Source of the DNA: Oculina patagonica
Taxonomy: Eukaryota
NCBI RefSeq assembly: GCF_052425735.1
Contig: NC_135763.1
Coordinates: 8,556,001-8,620,000 of the forward strand
Direction of reading: 5' to 3'
DNA length: 64,000 nt
Below the pieces are notes generated by a model. That model had not been told where the DNA came from. It made no database searches and worked only from the letters and a program-made list of their open reading frames with translations. Positions 11,898-26,500 of the stretch are shown here, piece by piece. The position numbers and the translations under genes were made by a program. The first letter of the stretch is position 1. Each line of letters starts with the position of its first letter.

Positions 11898-12987
11898 GAG
11901 AGGAACGCAGCGTTGTGTTTAAAGGGTTTGTGTGTGTCATTGATCGGAGTGCATTAGAAGTGTGAGAGTGGGTTTAAGAACCAAAGAAAAAAAAAAAAGA
12001 AATGGTTTTGGTTTGTACGTCAGTATAGTTTATTAAAGAGATTGTCTGTAATAAATTATCATCTCTGATGCTTGGAGTGTGTTTTATAAGGATTTTAGAA
12101 ACATCTTATCCTTAATGTTAGCATGGTGCAAGTCACAAGGAAGTGCTCACAAAGAGAACCCTAGTGCTAAAAGGTCTTCTCTTAAATTCCAAAAATATGC
12201 GCCAAAAATACGCTTGAAAAGGACTTAAAAAACCCAGACTTTTCAAGGCTTCTGCCTTTCCTCGGTTGTTAAAATGACTAATTAAGCTGCATTGTAACCA
12301 TTGAGAAAAAGACAGCAGCCTCGAAACCGTTAACGTCTGTTTCGTTTTACGTTTTTTTACTTTTTAAGTGTGTTTTGGTGCAAATACAACGCTTGAAGCT
12401 ATTACTCGAACATTTGCGCAACGCAGTTTTTATCACTTTTAGCCCTTTATTTTCCAGTCATTTACTCAAGCACCAACAAAGTGCTAAAAAATAAGAAATT
12501 GCTGCCAAAATCTGTGGAGTTGCTCTCAAAACCATGTGTTTCTCAATACACATTTTTCAGCCTGAACAAAGTTATCCGTTTATTCAAACTTCACGTGGCC
12601 TCTACAGGGGCTTTATATAAACGTTTTCCTGTGATAGTGGCGTCAATTCCATATTCGGACATTGGAATAATTTGCTATAGTCCACAGGCAGTCCACATAT
12701 TAGTTGTGTTTTTAAATAAAAATAATGTTTCAAAAAAATTATTCACCATAATAACGATGTTAGAATAAAATGAGGAAATGTTCAAAACTTCAAAAATTCT
12801 GTCTTAGCTCAAATAAGCCCGAGTGTTGCCGAAAAAGTGCTAACTAAAGTTGCTCGAATGCAAAAAAAGTTGGTCAAAATTCCCGAAGTTGCAAAAATTT
12901 GCCGAGCACTCGTTGGCCGTGGTGATCTGGGTCAAATGATTTTTGCTGGCCAGTCAGCGGAGTTTGCCAAAAAAGTTAAAATCCAAC

Positions 12988-15900
12988 ATGGGCGCCAGAG
13001 TTTCACGAGCGACTCGTTTTGTGAAAAAACCTCTGGAAACACAACGGAGTGTGGAGAAAATACTGGAAAAGAAACCTAGAGCAGCGCCAAGACACCCCAG
13101 CTCACAGGCTGCATTAGCTGATGCACGAAAACGTAAGTAGTCTGAGCAAATTTTACCTCAGTGTTTTGATAAAAAATTATATAATTAAGCTTAGCCATGT
13201 GCATCACGTGCACCTATCCCAAATCCGTTCACATCCCTGTACGTTTTGATGTTAACTGACTTAATATTCTGGAAATAGAAAAAGAAAATTTCCTACAACT
13301 GAAATACTGAGTTTTCTTGTTCCTCATGCAGGGCCTTACCTACGATTTTTTGTCTGCGGGGGCAAACTCTGCACACCTTAGTTTTCTTAGTTTTTCAGTT
13401 TTCCTGTTGGGGGCAACTGCCTCCCCCTGCCTCCCCGCTAGGTACGGCCCTGTCCTGCCCCTCTCCCCTTGCCCTGTCTAATCCCTGGGCAGAGAGCCTG
13501 CTGGCAGGCTACGTCGGCTATTGTTTAAAGACTTCATCTATTGCATCAGACTCTGTCTACTGCATTAGACCCCAGATCCAGAGGTCTGGGTTTTAGCCCA
13601 GGCAGGGTCCTTCAATATGTTGTTATTGGACAAGACACTTAACTCTTACAGTAGCTCATTTGACCAAGTTGTATAAGCAGACCAAGTTGTATAAACGGGT
13701 ACAAAGGAACCATTAAGACAACCAAACATAAAACTGGGCAGGGGGGAGGAGGAGGAGGGGGGGTACTTGTGATGGACCTGCATCTAGGGGATGACAACAG
13801 AGTTCAGTGTCATCAATTATGTCGGCAACTTCTGGCTTACGCAGATTTAACTTTTTCCATTTTACACATTATTATAAGACTATTATTTTACTCTTTGAAA
13901 ACTTGTCATTCGCTATGAAAACAGTCTTTCGTCTGCTCCCCCACAAAAAAAACACAAAACAAAAGCAAAGAATTGTAAAAAAAAACTTAGTACTACTTAG
14001 TGTTCTAAGAGTAAGTACTTTTATGTTTAGAAAATGAAGAACTGTTTAAGGAAAGAGATAGAAAAGATGACGACTTCTTGGGGCGACTCAAAGATTTGAA
14101 AATTGATATGACACTGGAAGCTCAAGCAACAATGGTAAGAATGTTCAAATTCTCTCTACTAATTACTATAAATTCCTTACAACATTAGTTCTGAGAATTT
14201 CACGTTTCATCAAGGTATACCCCATATGATTATTTTTGTTATTCCAGGGCTCAAAATAATTTTCGGACAGTTGCCGGTCGTGTTGACCGGCCAATCCGAA
14301 TTTAGCTCGGACACGTGTTGTTTCTGACCGGTCAAAAAATTGAAAACTAGTAGTCGCTTTTTCTGTTCGTTGAATTGTCTTTGTTTGCGTGGTAGAAAAG
14401 GACCAGCCATTTCTTCACTGTTTTCCCTGCACTTATTTACTGATTGTTTCTTAATACCCTTGTAAGATGAGATAGCGACAAGCCATTTATCTGACTCAGA
14501 GAGGCAAAATTCAAACGTCTCCTACGTTGTTCTTTCTCTTTCGCACACTCAATTTAATGCCTGGTTTCCAAGCTTCGAAAGTTTCTTTTCGTTCACACGA
14601 AAAGTTCTGCATTATACTGACTTGAACAAAACTACACAGGTCAAAAACTAGCGAAAAAAACCGCACCATGTTAGAACTAACTTTATCGCTAAAAATATTA
14701 ATCGGTACAACAAATTGTTCAGGTCTTCAGTTCTTATTTTGAAATTTGTGCATGACCGGCAAACCGAAACTTTGTGCGGACAAATTGTCATCTTGGCCGG
14801 ACATTGTCCGTTGACCGGCCGTTATTTTGAGCCCTGTTATTCTCATTACCTGTCTTCTTGAGAATGTATTGATGGTGTAAGGATAAGATAGATGTAAATG
14901 AGCCTTTCAAGATGTGCAACTGTGTGCCTTTAGTTGTTTTAGAAAAATATGGCCGTTTTGATATCGCATCCCGTTTAAGGCCAAAGAATATAAAGATCAA
15001 AATTGTAAAATTTAATTCCTACAGATGTTTCTTGTGGCTAAAAGAATGCTTACAGTAAGTCAGAGTAAGAGACTGTGAGACCAGTGGAAGAAAAACAAGT
15101 CATTTACTAAAAGGGGTCATAAAACATGTGTCATCAATAGGAGCAAGGTTTGAAAAAATAATAGATTGCATATTTTTGGATCCTCCCACGAGAGTCTCAG
15201 ACAACACTGGTGTGTTCTGAGAGAAATAGAGGAAATGTAGGCAAAGTTTTCGTTTCAGAAAAGTGTTTTAGCCGATCTCATTTTGATCAACTTGAAGCAA
15301 GCTTTAAATCTTCTGCTAACATTCCAGATTTGTTTATCTGAGTCTTGACAACACTCTTGCTAAAATTAAGCGCATATTGCTATTGACTATACTGAAATTT
15401 CTTGATAGCATTTTGGGCAACTTTCCCCTATCTTTTGGTTAATTCTCTCAAACTTTTCACAGGTCAAGAGCTAATAATCTTGACTTGAAAAGGTAATGGG
15501 AAATAGAGTTTTACTTCATAGAGAGGTAAAGGTGTAGCGCATTTTGCACCTTGTAACAGATTCTTTATTATACTGCTGTGCATTCCTTTACCCGTAAAGC
15601 TGTGTTTATTTTTAGAAATTTAGTCCAAAGAGTAAATACTGATATCGAGAAGAGAAACGTAATCAGAAAGGCAGTTAGTAGTGACTGCAAGTAAGATTGA
15701 AACAAATGTTGCGCATGCAGTCAGCACAGAACCCCTGCAAATAAGCATGTGAATTTTTAGGTAGAGATAATGTTGGAACTAACTTGAAGCTTTGATGTAA
15801 CGAAAGCCTGTTGTAATAGGCTGTTTAGTGCAGCGGATAAATAGATTTAACAATGAGTAATGACTAAAGTTAAAGTCTGTGTCTGAGCCAAGTGGCCCAT

Positions 15901-16701
15901 ACAGCCAGAGCTTATCCCAGTTACTGTAGCATTAAGTGACTAGGAGTATTGCTACTCCCCCCTTGATGGGATGCTAGTCCATCGCAGGGTTGCCCCCCAG
16001 CAGTTAATTCGCCGGTACCCATTTATTTACCTGGGTGGAGAGAGGCACTGTGAGAGTAAAGTGTCTTACCCAAGAACACAACGCAGCACCCCAGACCAGG
16101 CCTCGAACCCGGGCCGTTCGACTCGGAGTCGAGCGTGCTAAGCATTAGGCCACCGCGCCTCCCAAGCAACTAAAAGCAAGAACTAATTAACATGGTAAAA
16201 GTGAGGAAAGGATATGTTAAGTTTACCAATTCTAACTTAATGGTCATTGTTTCAGTGGTGAATAGAAAGTCAGGTTTTGCACGGTTTTCGCTGCGTGCAG
16301 TTTTATATTAAACATTTCATTTTGTGTTAATACTGCAAAATGGTAACATCCAGTCAGTAGTTCACTCATTGATGGACTCTTTAACCAATCAAAACGCTTG
16401 ACGCCTCTTTCAGCCAATCACAAGAAGCGACGAGACAAAAAGGAAGCTACCCGTGTCTCGCGAGGCGCGTGGGCCCCCTGACATCACCCAGGTGCCCAAG
16501 GGGAAAGTAACAAATGTTCAGTTATCGGAACTGTTTGCCAAAAGACTGGAGGACCCCGACACATGGACGGATGAGAAACTGGCTAAATATTATCAACTCG
16601 ACCAGGAAGCTTTGTCTGCGGTTTTGAAGTACTTTAGTGACTACGCAATTGTTAAGAAGAGAAACTTACCTAGGCCCGAGGAGCCGACGTTTCTTGGTTG
16701 A
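12988..16701 (+). CDS. NDUFAF4: Complex I assembly factor NDUFAF4, ~178 aa; exons 12988-13132, 14031-14134, 16414-16701
   Basis: MGARVSR...KKPRAAPRHPS|QNEELFKERDRKDDDFLGRLKDLKID|...VPKGKVT...PDTWTDEKLAKYYQLDQEALSAVLKYF is colinear with NDUFAF4 (MG start, APRHPS, RKDxxL, PKGK, PxTWTxEK, LLKYF). Splice phases 1,0 are consistent. Confidence 0.9.
13329..13452. mobile_element. hAT-like mini-MITE (CAGGGCC...GGCCCTG)
   Basis: TIR CAGGGCCTTACCTA / TAGGTACGGCCCTG; no clean TSD. Confidence 0.55.
14245..14836. mobile_element. hAT-like MITE in NDUFAF4 intron 2
   Basis: TIR CAGGGCTCAAAATAA / TTATTTTGAGCCCTG; subterminal TGACCGG repeats; no exact 8-bp TSD. Confidence 0.7.
15868..16163 (-). mobile_element. 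tRNA-derived SINE with MIR/CORE-like central segment
   Basis: The minus strand begins GGGAGGCGCGGTGGCCTAATG (A box) ... GGTTCGAGGCC (B box), then GTGTTCTTGGGTAAGACACTTTACTCTC...CACCCAGGTAAATAAATGGGTAC. Degenerate relatives occur at ~13570-13800 and ~22480-22570. Confidence 0.8.
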
Positions 16702-19700
16702 TATGGACGTATATCCGCTGCGGCCGGCAAATATGGCGTGATGTCGCATGGCAAGGAAATAATTTACGGTGTCAAATGATTGGTTAACAGCGTAATACGT
16801 TTATCGGTTCCTTGAGAAAGACAACGTTATATGCGGAAACTTTTTTATCGATGCAAATTTTAGTTCTCTTCTGTTTGACTGATTAACATTCGACTGCGTT
16901 TGGATGGTAAAAAAGAAAGGTTGAATCGGTGAGGGAATGTTCGAGTGCGAATAATGGTGAAAAATATCTGTACTCAGTTAAATTTGGTGGCAATCGCTAA
17001 GATCCAAAGACTTTATTGTAAACTAACTTTCTTCACTACATCAACTGTGTGAATACAGAAACTTCCACATACAGCCGGTTATCTTCGCGGGAAAAGAACA
17101 TATTCTCTGTTCCTTTGACTTTGTGATGCCCAATATTTTGAGAACTTCGAACCGGATAAAATAAAAGTCCATCTTTGAATGAGGACCAAACTTCCTTTCG
17201 AACGAATAAAGGCGAGAAATCAAAAGACCCTGAAAAACGACGATGCTTAAAAGGACCCGACGATATCGTTTCCTTGATATATGCTGGTATATGATATATG
17301 TCCCCCCCCCCTCCCACCCCGCCCCAACGCACACAACGACCTCGCCCAGCGCTCGAAACCGGGGGAAAGGAGAGTTCGCGTTCTCTTCTTTTTTCGCCCT
17401 TGAACACCCCTTCTCCCTTCTTCAATCTTTAAGCCTTGTCAGACCTTCCGGTATCAGGCATGTTGGGTGGTGGAATCGCATTACAAGTATCCGTGAAATT
17501 CGCCTTTTTTAAAGAATAGAAAAAAACCATTACAGCCATTTTTAGGTAGAGCTATAACTTACAGTAAGTAAAAAGGGAAATAAATTCTGGCATCCTGGCT
17601 ATTATCCGCTTAAAGGCGAAGTATCACGGGGATTTTGACGTGTAACTTCAAAAGTTAAAGATCTTTTCAGTGTTAACAGAAACTTTAAATAATGGTCCAG
17701 GTTCGTTATAAATTACCATCTAGTGTACTAAAACTGCGACGAGTGTCTCTGGCTATGGGCGGAAAGGGTCGAACTGAATTTAAACTTGAAAAATTCCGGG
17801 GGAAGCTTTCAAGTTCTCGCTAAGTTTTCGCCCTTTTTTTTCCAAAATCGTTACGCTATAAACGATCACGATTTGTTCTTTTTTTTCACGGATTCGGTTG
17901 CTATCTTCCTCCTGGTGTTCTAGGATTATATTCTAAACAAATAGAGGTAATACACCACAGTTTCGACGGAAAACAATAAAGGGCGTCGTCCACTTAATAC
18001 AGGTTCACTGTATTAAAACAAAATCTAACGCGATATAAGTTAAATGCGTTTTGAGTATGACTTCACACATTTAACTTTTCTTTTGATGTCCCGGCATTAC
18101 AAGTCCATTATTATTAATTGGTTTCAAGCAGTTGCGCAATAAGCTGTCTGATCTGTCTTGTTAATTTTCTGTACGTGAGAAAATCTTTTCCAAGCAATTT
18201 ATAGCATTTTGTTGTGTTTCCAAAATATTTCCTGGTGGTAATTTTCACCGTCACGTTCGTGCAGGTAGATAAGGCATGTATTTTGATGGCTTATTAAACA
18301 ATTTGCAGGATCAAAACCTGGCTGATCGTGGCTTACCGGCATGTCTGGAATGAACCGATGATGTTGTTGATTCAAGACTAAAATGATTTAACGTTCCATT
18401 GATATTGTACTAAGTTAATACACGAGAATCTCTTACAACTGTGGCTGGAAGTTGAATTTTCTCTGAATAGAGTTCTCCTGCTTAAAGTATCAAAAAACAA
18501 TTTTTTACGCTAAAAAATTAAACCTACACTTGACGGAAAGAAGTCATTTTCCGTTAACACTCCGAAATTGGTTATTTTTAGCTAGAAGGAAAAATGAAAA
18601 ACAAATAGTTAAGTCGTAAACCAGACTAGTTATTAGGTATTTGTGTGTCTGAGATCAGTATTATTTTTAGCTTCTAAATAAATATTTTAAAGGAATTTAA
18701 CTTTAAATACTTTGCTCAAAGGTATGTAAGGCGGATATTGGTAATTAAGTGGTCCTGACTGTCACTCAGACGAGAAGACTCCGAGTCTCTTTCTCTTTGA
18801 AGATTAAGATAATAGATAGGAATAGGAATAATTTAAAGAAAAAACGTGTCGCCAAGAGAGTGGAGCTCTTGTCAGGAAATTTAGATGACAGAGCGCGTGC
18901 ATTTATAATCACTTATCTGCTTGCAAGTGCGGGTTTTTTTTTTGGCAAACTTTCTCCGAAGCCCTCGAAAAGTTTTCAAGTATCAATCAAAACTGGCACG
19001 AGCTTTTGAGAGCACGCCGGAATTCGAACGTTTTCACGTCATCACCGTTAGCACTGCTCCATGATATGCCATGTTCCTTTGCAACACCGCTGATGAAAAT
19101 AGAAATGACCTCGGGCTCGGTCCGACCAACAAAACTGAGAGTTCATCTTCTTAGCGATTTATCCGCAGCATGCATGGTATATGTTAAAACCGTGCTTATT
19201 TGACGAATTTTGTAACAGGAAGGCATTCCAGTAAGTTAATTATCTGATAAAAAGAACTCCTGTCTTTGGCACGTTCCCTTTTGACCCTTCCTTCCTAACT
19301 CTAAACCGCAAGCGATAGAAATCAGTTAAGTTGATATAATTATTTTTGCTCAATATCACTCAATTATTCAGACAAGCGGGTCATAAAAATAAGTGAACTT
19401 ATCTCTAAAAGAAAATGTGCTCAAATTTAAAGCAAATTCGCCTGTGGCTATTACGGCACTTGTACTGGACGTGTATTTTAATATTTTAAAGGAAACACGA
19501 GTTTTGCGCCCAATTTGCCTTGTTTGGCGGTTTGGTTTTGTATACATGCCAAATTTAACTCAATTTAATAGTATTCCGCAGCAATCATGGCATTTGTTAC
19601 CCTGGATGGCTAGCGCTTTGCCGCTCACAGATGGCGGATTCCCCTCAAAAAATGGGAAATAACTCCCGGGTAGGCATTATTAGAATCTTGGTTGTTTACG

Positions 19701-22700
19701 AAAGTTCTTTAATAGGGCGACATTCCACTAACTATTTGATAAAACGACCGTTTGCTTTTGGCGTGTTAGCCTTTGACCCTTTCATTCTAACCCTTAACCA
19801 CAGTAATAAAATCAGCATATAATCTCAGCTAATAATATCGTTTATTATCTCAGACGAGTGACTCTCGAAAAAAGATAATGTTCTCAATTTCAGTTGTTCT
19901 AGAAAAGCGAGATCGCGCCCTATTTTAACATGGGCTCTGGCATATTACATGTGGCCTCTACCACAACGGTGAGATCAAAAATCGTTGATCTGTGATAGCA
20001 ATTACAAAATCAACATCATAAACTCATTGCACACAAGTACACGCTTTAATGTCTCGTGTTCTCTTCACCGCGAAAGTCCATGTCTCGCAGGATTGGAGCC
20101 CTCGCAGCGTTGGGACGTCACGCAAGCGTTGCGTGACGTCCCAAAAAGCGGCTGCGAAGGAGACTAAGGATCTGGCGACTTTTTCCTTTCTCGCTCGCGT
20201 GGTAGCAGGTGAGCTGGCTCCTCGTGGGGCGCGCGCGGTTTCGCCTCGCGCGGCATCGCGTGACAAATACTGCCCGCGACGCTGTACGCTCGCATACATC
20301 GTTATCACAGCATCTTCTAGCAAAAATAACACAAGCGATGTTTGAATTGGAAGGAAGTTAAATAATCTTTTGTAACAATAATCTGTTTACGCCCTCTCCT
20401 GATTAAGTCAAATACCTATCTTGCCCTTCCCTATCCGTTAAACTTGGGAACGGGAAATTAGATGACTGGTAGTTGCCGGAGGCGTTTAAGTCTGTTTGTC
20501 TTTGCGTTAAATCATTTAACTGCGCCATAGCGAGCTATTAGACAAGAAAATCAATGCATTTGTTTCACCGGAAGTGCTGTGTACGCAAAGGGAAGACTGA
20601 AAGTTCCATGCACTTCCGTTTTCCTTTCTTCTCGAAACAGACTTCCGTTTTGTGGCTTTTGCTATGTTCACAATTTTCTGTTTCGGGAAGTGAGTGCTGA
20701 AAGTAGTTCGTGCGCTTTTGGGGAGGTGGTTAGTTTGTTCTCACTTTTGAACAATTTCTAATTTGCAGAAGTTGATTTACTAATTTTTGAACAAATATTA
20801 AATCCTTATTCAGAGCGTACTTATAAGTTTTTTTTGTGTAAACTATGATAGAATTGCGAGGGTGTACTCAGTGATCAACAAAATAACCTTTGAACAACTA
20901 AGAAAGGCACAAATTCATTCTACAAAGTGTGAATAAAATGGAATTAATTATTTATAATCGATTTTCGTCTAAGCAACACTGTCAAACTTGAAAACGTCGG
21001 CCCAACTTTTTAAAAGTTTTAGGCTACCACTGCCCTATTCGCCAGTAGCCAAAACACCTTTTGGCAATTTTCATGACTAGTACAGTACATTTTAGCAATG
21101 CTAGGCCACTATTTGTGGATTTGCAATTAATACCAACACCTTCATTGCATTATCAAGTAGCACTAAATCATGGTGACGCTGTACATTTAAGCATAAAAGA
21201 AGCGGATTGAACTATCAGAATAGGTTCGAAACCACAAAGCACTGCTTTTCAACAATGAGTGGTTCGGAACAAAAGTCTTGACCTTCCGTTATGAAACTGA
21301 AACGAGACGTATTGCCCGCGGTGAAGGTAATTTATGTTAGGTATTTACCAGTGGTATGCATATCCACAGACTATTAAAACCACATATTTGTGAATTCAAC
21401 TCAAACGAAGGTCAAGTTATTTATGGCTTTGTTTACTTATACTGTAGTCTAGATTTTTCGAGGTATTCATTGAATGATGAAAAATGTCAATTACATTGAA
21501 CGTACATTAACAAGACATGACCCTGAATGTCTGAGCAGCTTTTAACAAACTTATCATTTCTCTTTGCTTGCATTTCTTAAAACTTTCTAGTTTTTCCACC
21601 TTTTTGGGCATTTTGCTTCTAATTTGGAACGGGCTTTGTACATAGTTGGCTAACTGGGTTGTCTAAAATGGTACTAGCCAAGAAAACACCCACAGAGGTT
21701 AAAGGAAACCCTGTTTGTCCCTCTGATATTTTAAATTGAATGAGCTTGGTTTTTTTTCAAAATATCGAGTCAAAAGGCTTTAGGCATGGTGAAATGAATT
21801 CCACTTGCTGGTATAAATCTTATTGCGAGAATTATAAAACCATCTTTCACTTATAAATAAAGATTATTACCCCAACAGGCAGGATATTGGCCAAGTCATT
21901 TAAAGTTTGCGTGTTCTGTCCGAGAAGAACTAATTCAGTCTACTTCATGGGTCCTTTCAGTACGTTTGATAAATATATTTCAACATATCAGGTTTTGGTC
22001 TCCTGCCTTGCTGGACACGCAGGATTTTGTGCTTGTCACGCAATCTTTCCTCAGAGATGGCGTGACCAGCTGAAAGGCAGGACACCAATACTTGATATGT
22101 TGAAATAGTATTTTATTTCGTTCAGTGTCAAAATTCTCCATATTTTTTCTAATAATTTAATTCAGTTTTTGAATCAAACACTTCTCCCTGATCAGATTCT
22201 TTACTCTCAGGACTAACTTTTTGGAATTCAGCTATGAAGGTGATGAGAAGTTAGGATGTCCCCCTGCTTACCCTCCCCATCTCCCCCCACCACCCATGGT
22301 AAATACGCTCCCAAGGTAGGTGACTGTCAACTATCTGATTTCTGATTGGCTAACACAGGGGGCAAATTTAATTACTTTTTGGTACAGGTAAAAGCACAAT
22401 TAAGTCTATATATATATCAGTAATAAACTGCATTTCCCAGTATGGCATGACAAGGGCTGTTTTGCAGATCCCCTTGCTGATTCCCAAAAATTTGCTGGTA
22501 CCTGTTTATACACCTGGGAAGGAGAGGGGTCCCAGGAGAGAAAAGTGTCCTGCCCAAGAACAAAACAAAGTCATATCCAAAATAAGAACAACAAATTATA
22601 CAATAAACTTTCTTTCTTTTCTCAACAATTTATTTTCCTTTCTCTTCTCTTTTGCTATCACGAGTATAGGAAACTTTTTTTCTTGGAAAACTCAAATGTG

Positions 22701-23554
22701 TTATAAATTAAAACTATACACAAACCTTTGAGTAAGAACTGTATCACTTAACTTTAATAACTTTAATAATATATTTCTCCTTGAGAAATAGTCATTTCAA
22801 ATATCATGTGACATATGTTCCTTCCACCTTCAGAGGTACAAAAGCTAGAGAAATGTAAAACTTCCTCTTAAAAATGTCTCGAGTGTTTTACATAAAAGTT
22901 TATTTTTCAATAGGCACGCAATGCGTGATAAACTTTCCTTGATATAATTGAAAATCTTTCTTGTTGCTTATACAAATTTACTATTGTAGGACAAAAGAAG
23001 TAGTAGTGTAGCCACGAAACTGAATAAGCTGCATTAAGTGTGGTGCTTGTATGCCCCAATGGGCCCGAGACGTAGCAGCACACGAGAATATTTGCTGCTG
23101 GCTTACGACTGCAAACAATTCAAACTCAACTTTACGTGCGGGTCATACTGGCAGTTTTTCAGGCAACATTGTCAGCAGTGTCAAATGGTGGCATGCAAGA
23201 ACCACACTTAACTGCAAACATCCAACTAGTTTACACATTTGTTTCTGTAACTACAAGAAAATTTGACTAAGCATCTCCGGTAATGCTGTCAAAGGAGAAA
23301 ATTTGAGAAATAAAGGAGAAAGAAGCATATTACAATGCAAACTTTGTAGGATTTCTAATAAATAAAAACATTTAGGTTAACAAGAAACCATTTAGGAAAA
23401 AGAATCAACTTTCAGTAATGGTAAGGTTAATTGCAAACTCTAACTGCGCCAAAATTTGCACATTCCCTTCCATTGCACAAGACCACTAACTTGAACACTA
23501 ATGTACCAATTACTTTTACATCTACATATAATAACACTGCACAGATTTGAGCTA

Positions 23555-26500
23555 TTAAACATACACTGGTTCCTTGCTAGTGTCACTGCCGCTGTCGTCA
23601 GATGAATATCTTCGTGCAACATAAGTGTTTCCACCATCATCATTGAAAAACCTTCTAAATGTGAACTCATAGAATGCATGCTCAGGATGTCGGCCCTGTT
23701 TGGGCGGTGCTGCCTCACTCTCGACAGAAGCAGCTTCCTCATCACTACTCATCCTTTCTGATTCATCGACTGGGTCAAAGTTTGACGTGTCAGTTGGGGA
23801 AGAGATCTGTGGTCGATATGGTGCTTGCATGCGGCGCACACCATAACCCCAGTCCACATTGGCAAAGAAGGGATGGTTTTTTATTTCTTCAATTCCATTG
23901 GCCCCAAGCCTTTTGTCTGGGCTCGTGCACAGCCTCAAGATTAAGTCCCTGGCCTCACGACTCAGTTGGGCTTGCTTGGGAATGTGCAATGTTGTTTCCC
24001 AATTGATGACCTATAAACACAGTAAAATTTTACAAACGTTAAGTACTACTTATTTGATATATCAGATATAAAACAAGGAAACACTACTACACATAACACT
24101 CCCATGCACATACTAAACTTCTCAATAAGAGATTTAAAATCCAACCTGGTTTTTTTGTGTGTGTCAAAATTCTTTCTTTGAATCAAGCTTGCTTTTGGTG
24201 GCAGTGTTGATATATTTTGTGAGTAGGGCAAAATACCATAAAATGACAGTTATAAGCCCCCCCCCCCCTCCCCAGTCTTATGGAGTGGGGTTGGGAGAGC
24301 TGCTAACGAAAAAGATGTTCCACATCACAGAACATTGCCCTTTGCTACCACTGAAAGATCAAAAGAGGGATTTTCCTACCTTTAGTTGAGTGTCCGCAGG
24401 AGTCGAGGCAAGAAACGGGGGGTGCCCAACAAGCATCTCATACATGATTACTCCAACAGACCACCAATCACATAGGTGAGTGTAGCCACTCCTTTGCAAC
24501 ACCTCTGGTGCAATGTAGTTGGGTGTTCCCACTAAGGAATGCGCAAGACTTCTCATGTGCTTTCGGAAGTGACGCTTTTCCAATGGCTTCATTTCCAAAA
24601 GCGACCTCTGTATCAGTTGCTCATTCCATTCAGAAGGAAGATCCCATGGGAGCATGCCATACTCCATGCTCGGCTGGTGCTCATGACCGTCTTTCTCATA
24701 ATACTTGCTGTCATGGGTCCAACGGAAACCAGTGCAAAGCCCAAAGTCTGTCAGCTTAATGTGACCGTCCTTGTCAATCAACACATTGTCCGGTTTGATG
24801 TCACGGTGGACAAATCCCATTCGGTGTACCGACTCAATTGCTAGCACCAGTTCCGCAATGTAGAATCTTGCCAGATCCTCAGGGAAGATTTCAATTTTAA
24901 TCAAAAGACTCATCAAGTCTCCACCTGGAATGTAGTCCATCACAAAATACAAGAATTTGTCATCTTGGAATGAGTAGTACAACTTGACAACCCATTCATT
25001 GTCTGCTTCTGCGAGAATGTCCCTTTCAGCTTTAACATGAGCTACCTGGTTTCGTTTCAAAACCTCAGTCTTCCGTAGGATTTTCATGGCATACAACACG
25101 TTTGTGTCTATTTTTCGGACAAGCCAGACTTCTCCGAATGCACCAGTCCCGATTTTGTTTATTTTTTCAAACATTGTTATATCCATTTTTGATCGCTTTA
25201 AGCGAATGTGGTTGGTCTCTTTCTGTACTAAGATTTGTCGCATTTGATTCCTTGCATCTTGAGAAAGTCCAACCTTCTGCATTTCTTCTTCTAACTGTAC
25301 ACGTCTCTTATGTCTTTCCTCTGTGCCCTTCATTAAATTTTCAAAGTGCTGTTCTAAGTAAAATTTTGCCGCTGCAGGCGGACATTTCTTTAGTTTAGAG
25401 TTTTTCTCTTTGAATTGCCGATATCGTTCTCCAGGAGTAAGCGTTTCCATATCTGACTCCGACATTTGGTCATCATCCTCAGTTGATGGGATTCTGTTCT
25501 CCTGAGCATCCATGTTTGGAATTGGAGGTCGTTTACGCGAATTAGGAGAGTCAAGACGATAAACAACTGTTCCAGTTGTATTTGTCACCTTTGTTGGACC
25601 CTCAATAGTAAATGATGAGTCTGACAAAGGTGATGGGGGTCCACTGTCATTATGTGAACTAGACCATGGCATTTCATCACTGATTGATCCTGAGTTTGAC
25701 GATGTTTCTGTGTTCCAGGAGTGCCTCCAGTGTTCTGGAGGAGGAGGTACTGGTGATCGCGACGAAGCACGAGGAATATGATTCAACCAGTTGGTGTTCT
25801 CTGACATGCTAACATCCGAACACCCCAGTGGCCTTCTTGCTACGGGAGCATACGCAGGTGGTGGATGGAGAGTCGGGTCAAATGACTGGACAAAGTGCGG
25901 CACTGGAGCCTGCGAAGCACTTGGCACAGGAGAGTGACATAAAATGTCACTGTGTGCGCCCTGGACAACAGTTGGGTGTTGAGGTGAAGCTTGATAAAAT
26001 TGTCCCTGATTTGACGGTTTAACACTTCCAGAAGAATTAGGTGGAAAGTTAGTCTGAACGAGTATGTTGAAGGACATGGCATTTGCCCCAGTTGCTGGCG
26101 TTGCTGCCATTCTTCCCCCTTGAAAGTTCTCAGCAGTGGAATTGTTTCCAGTTAATGTAAGATTTGCTGTAACATGAAACTGAGGAGGTGGTGGATTTCC
26201 ACCAACATTGTTAACAAATTGTGTTTGATTTTGATTGATGCTTTGCACCGGTTTTGCACTGGGTGCAGCCACAGGCTTCCAACCAAGCTGCATATTTGAA
26301 GGAGGTCGCTCCACAAATCTTTGCTGAGGAGGCGCTGGCATGCGAGCTCCTTGCCAAGGTTGCGGGGCAGCTAGTCCAGGGTTATTTGACCTTTGGACGC
26401 GCCATTCAGCCCTTGTATGCTCTGCTGTAGGTGCTCCAACACTTGCCTGTGCACTTGCAACTGGGAGACTCATGGGAGACTCTGCTCGTTTAGGACTGTT

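Noticed and set aside
17036-17512. Overlapping 89-129 aa ORFs
   Set aside because: Low-complexity translation with non-ATG or weak starts, no domain motifs and no supporting splice structure.
21476-21535. C/D-box-like ATGATGA...CTGA
   Set aside because: No terminal stem and no convincing rRNA/snRNA guide complementarity that I can recognise.
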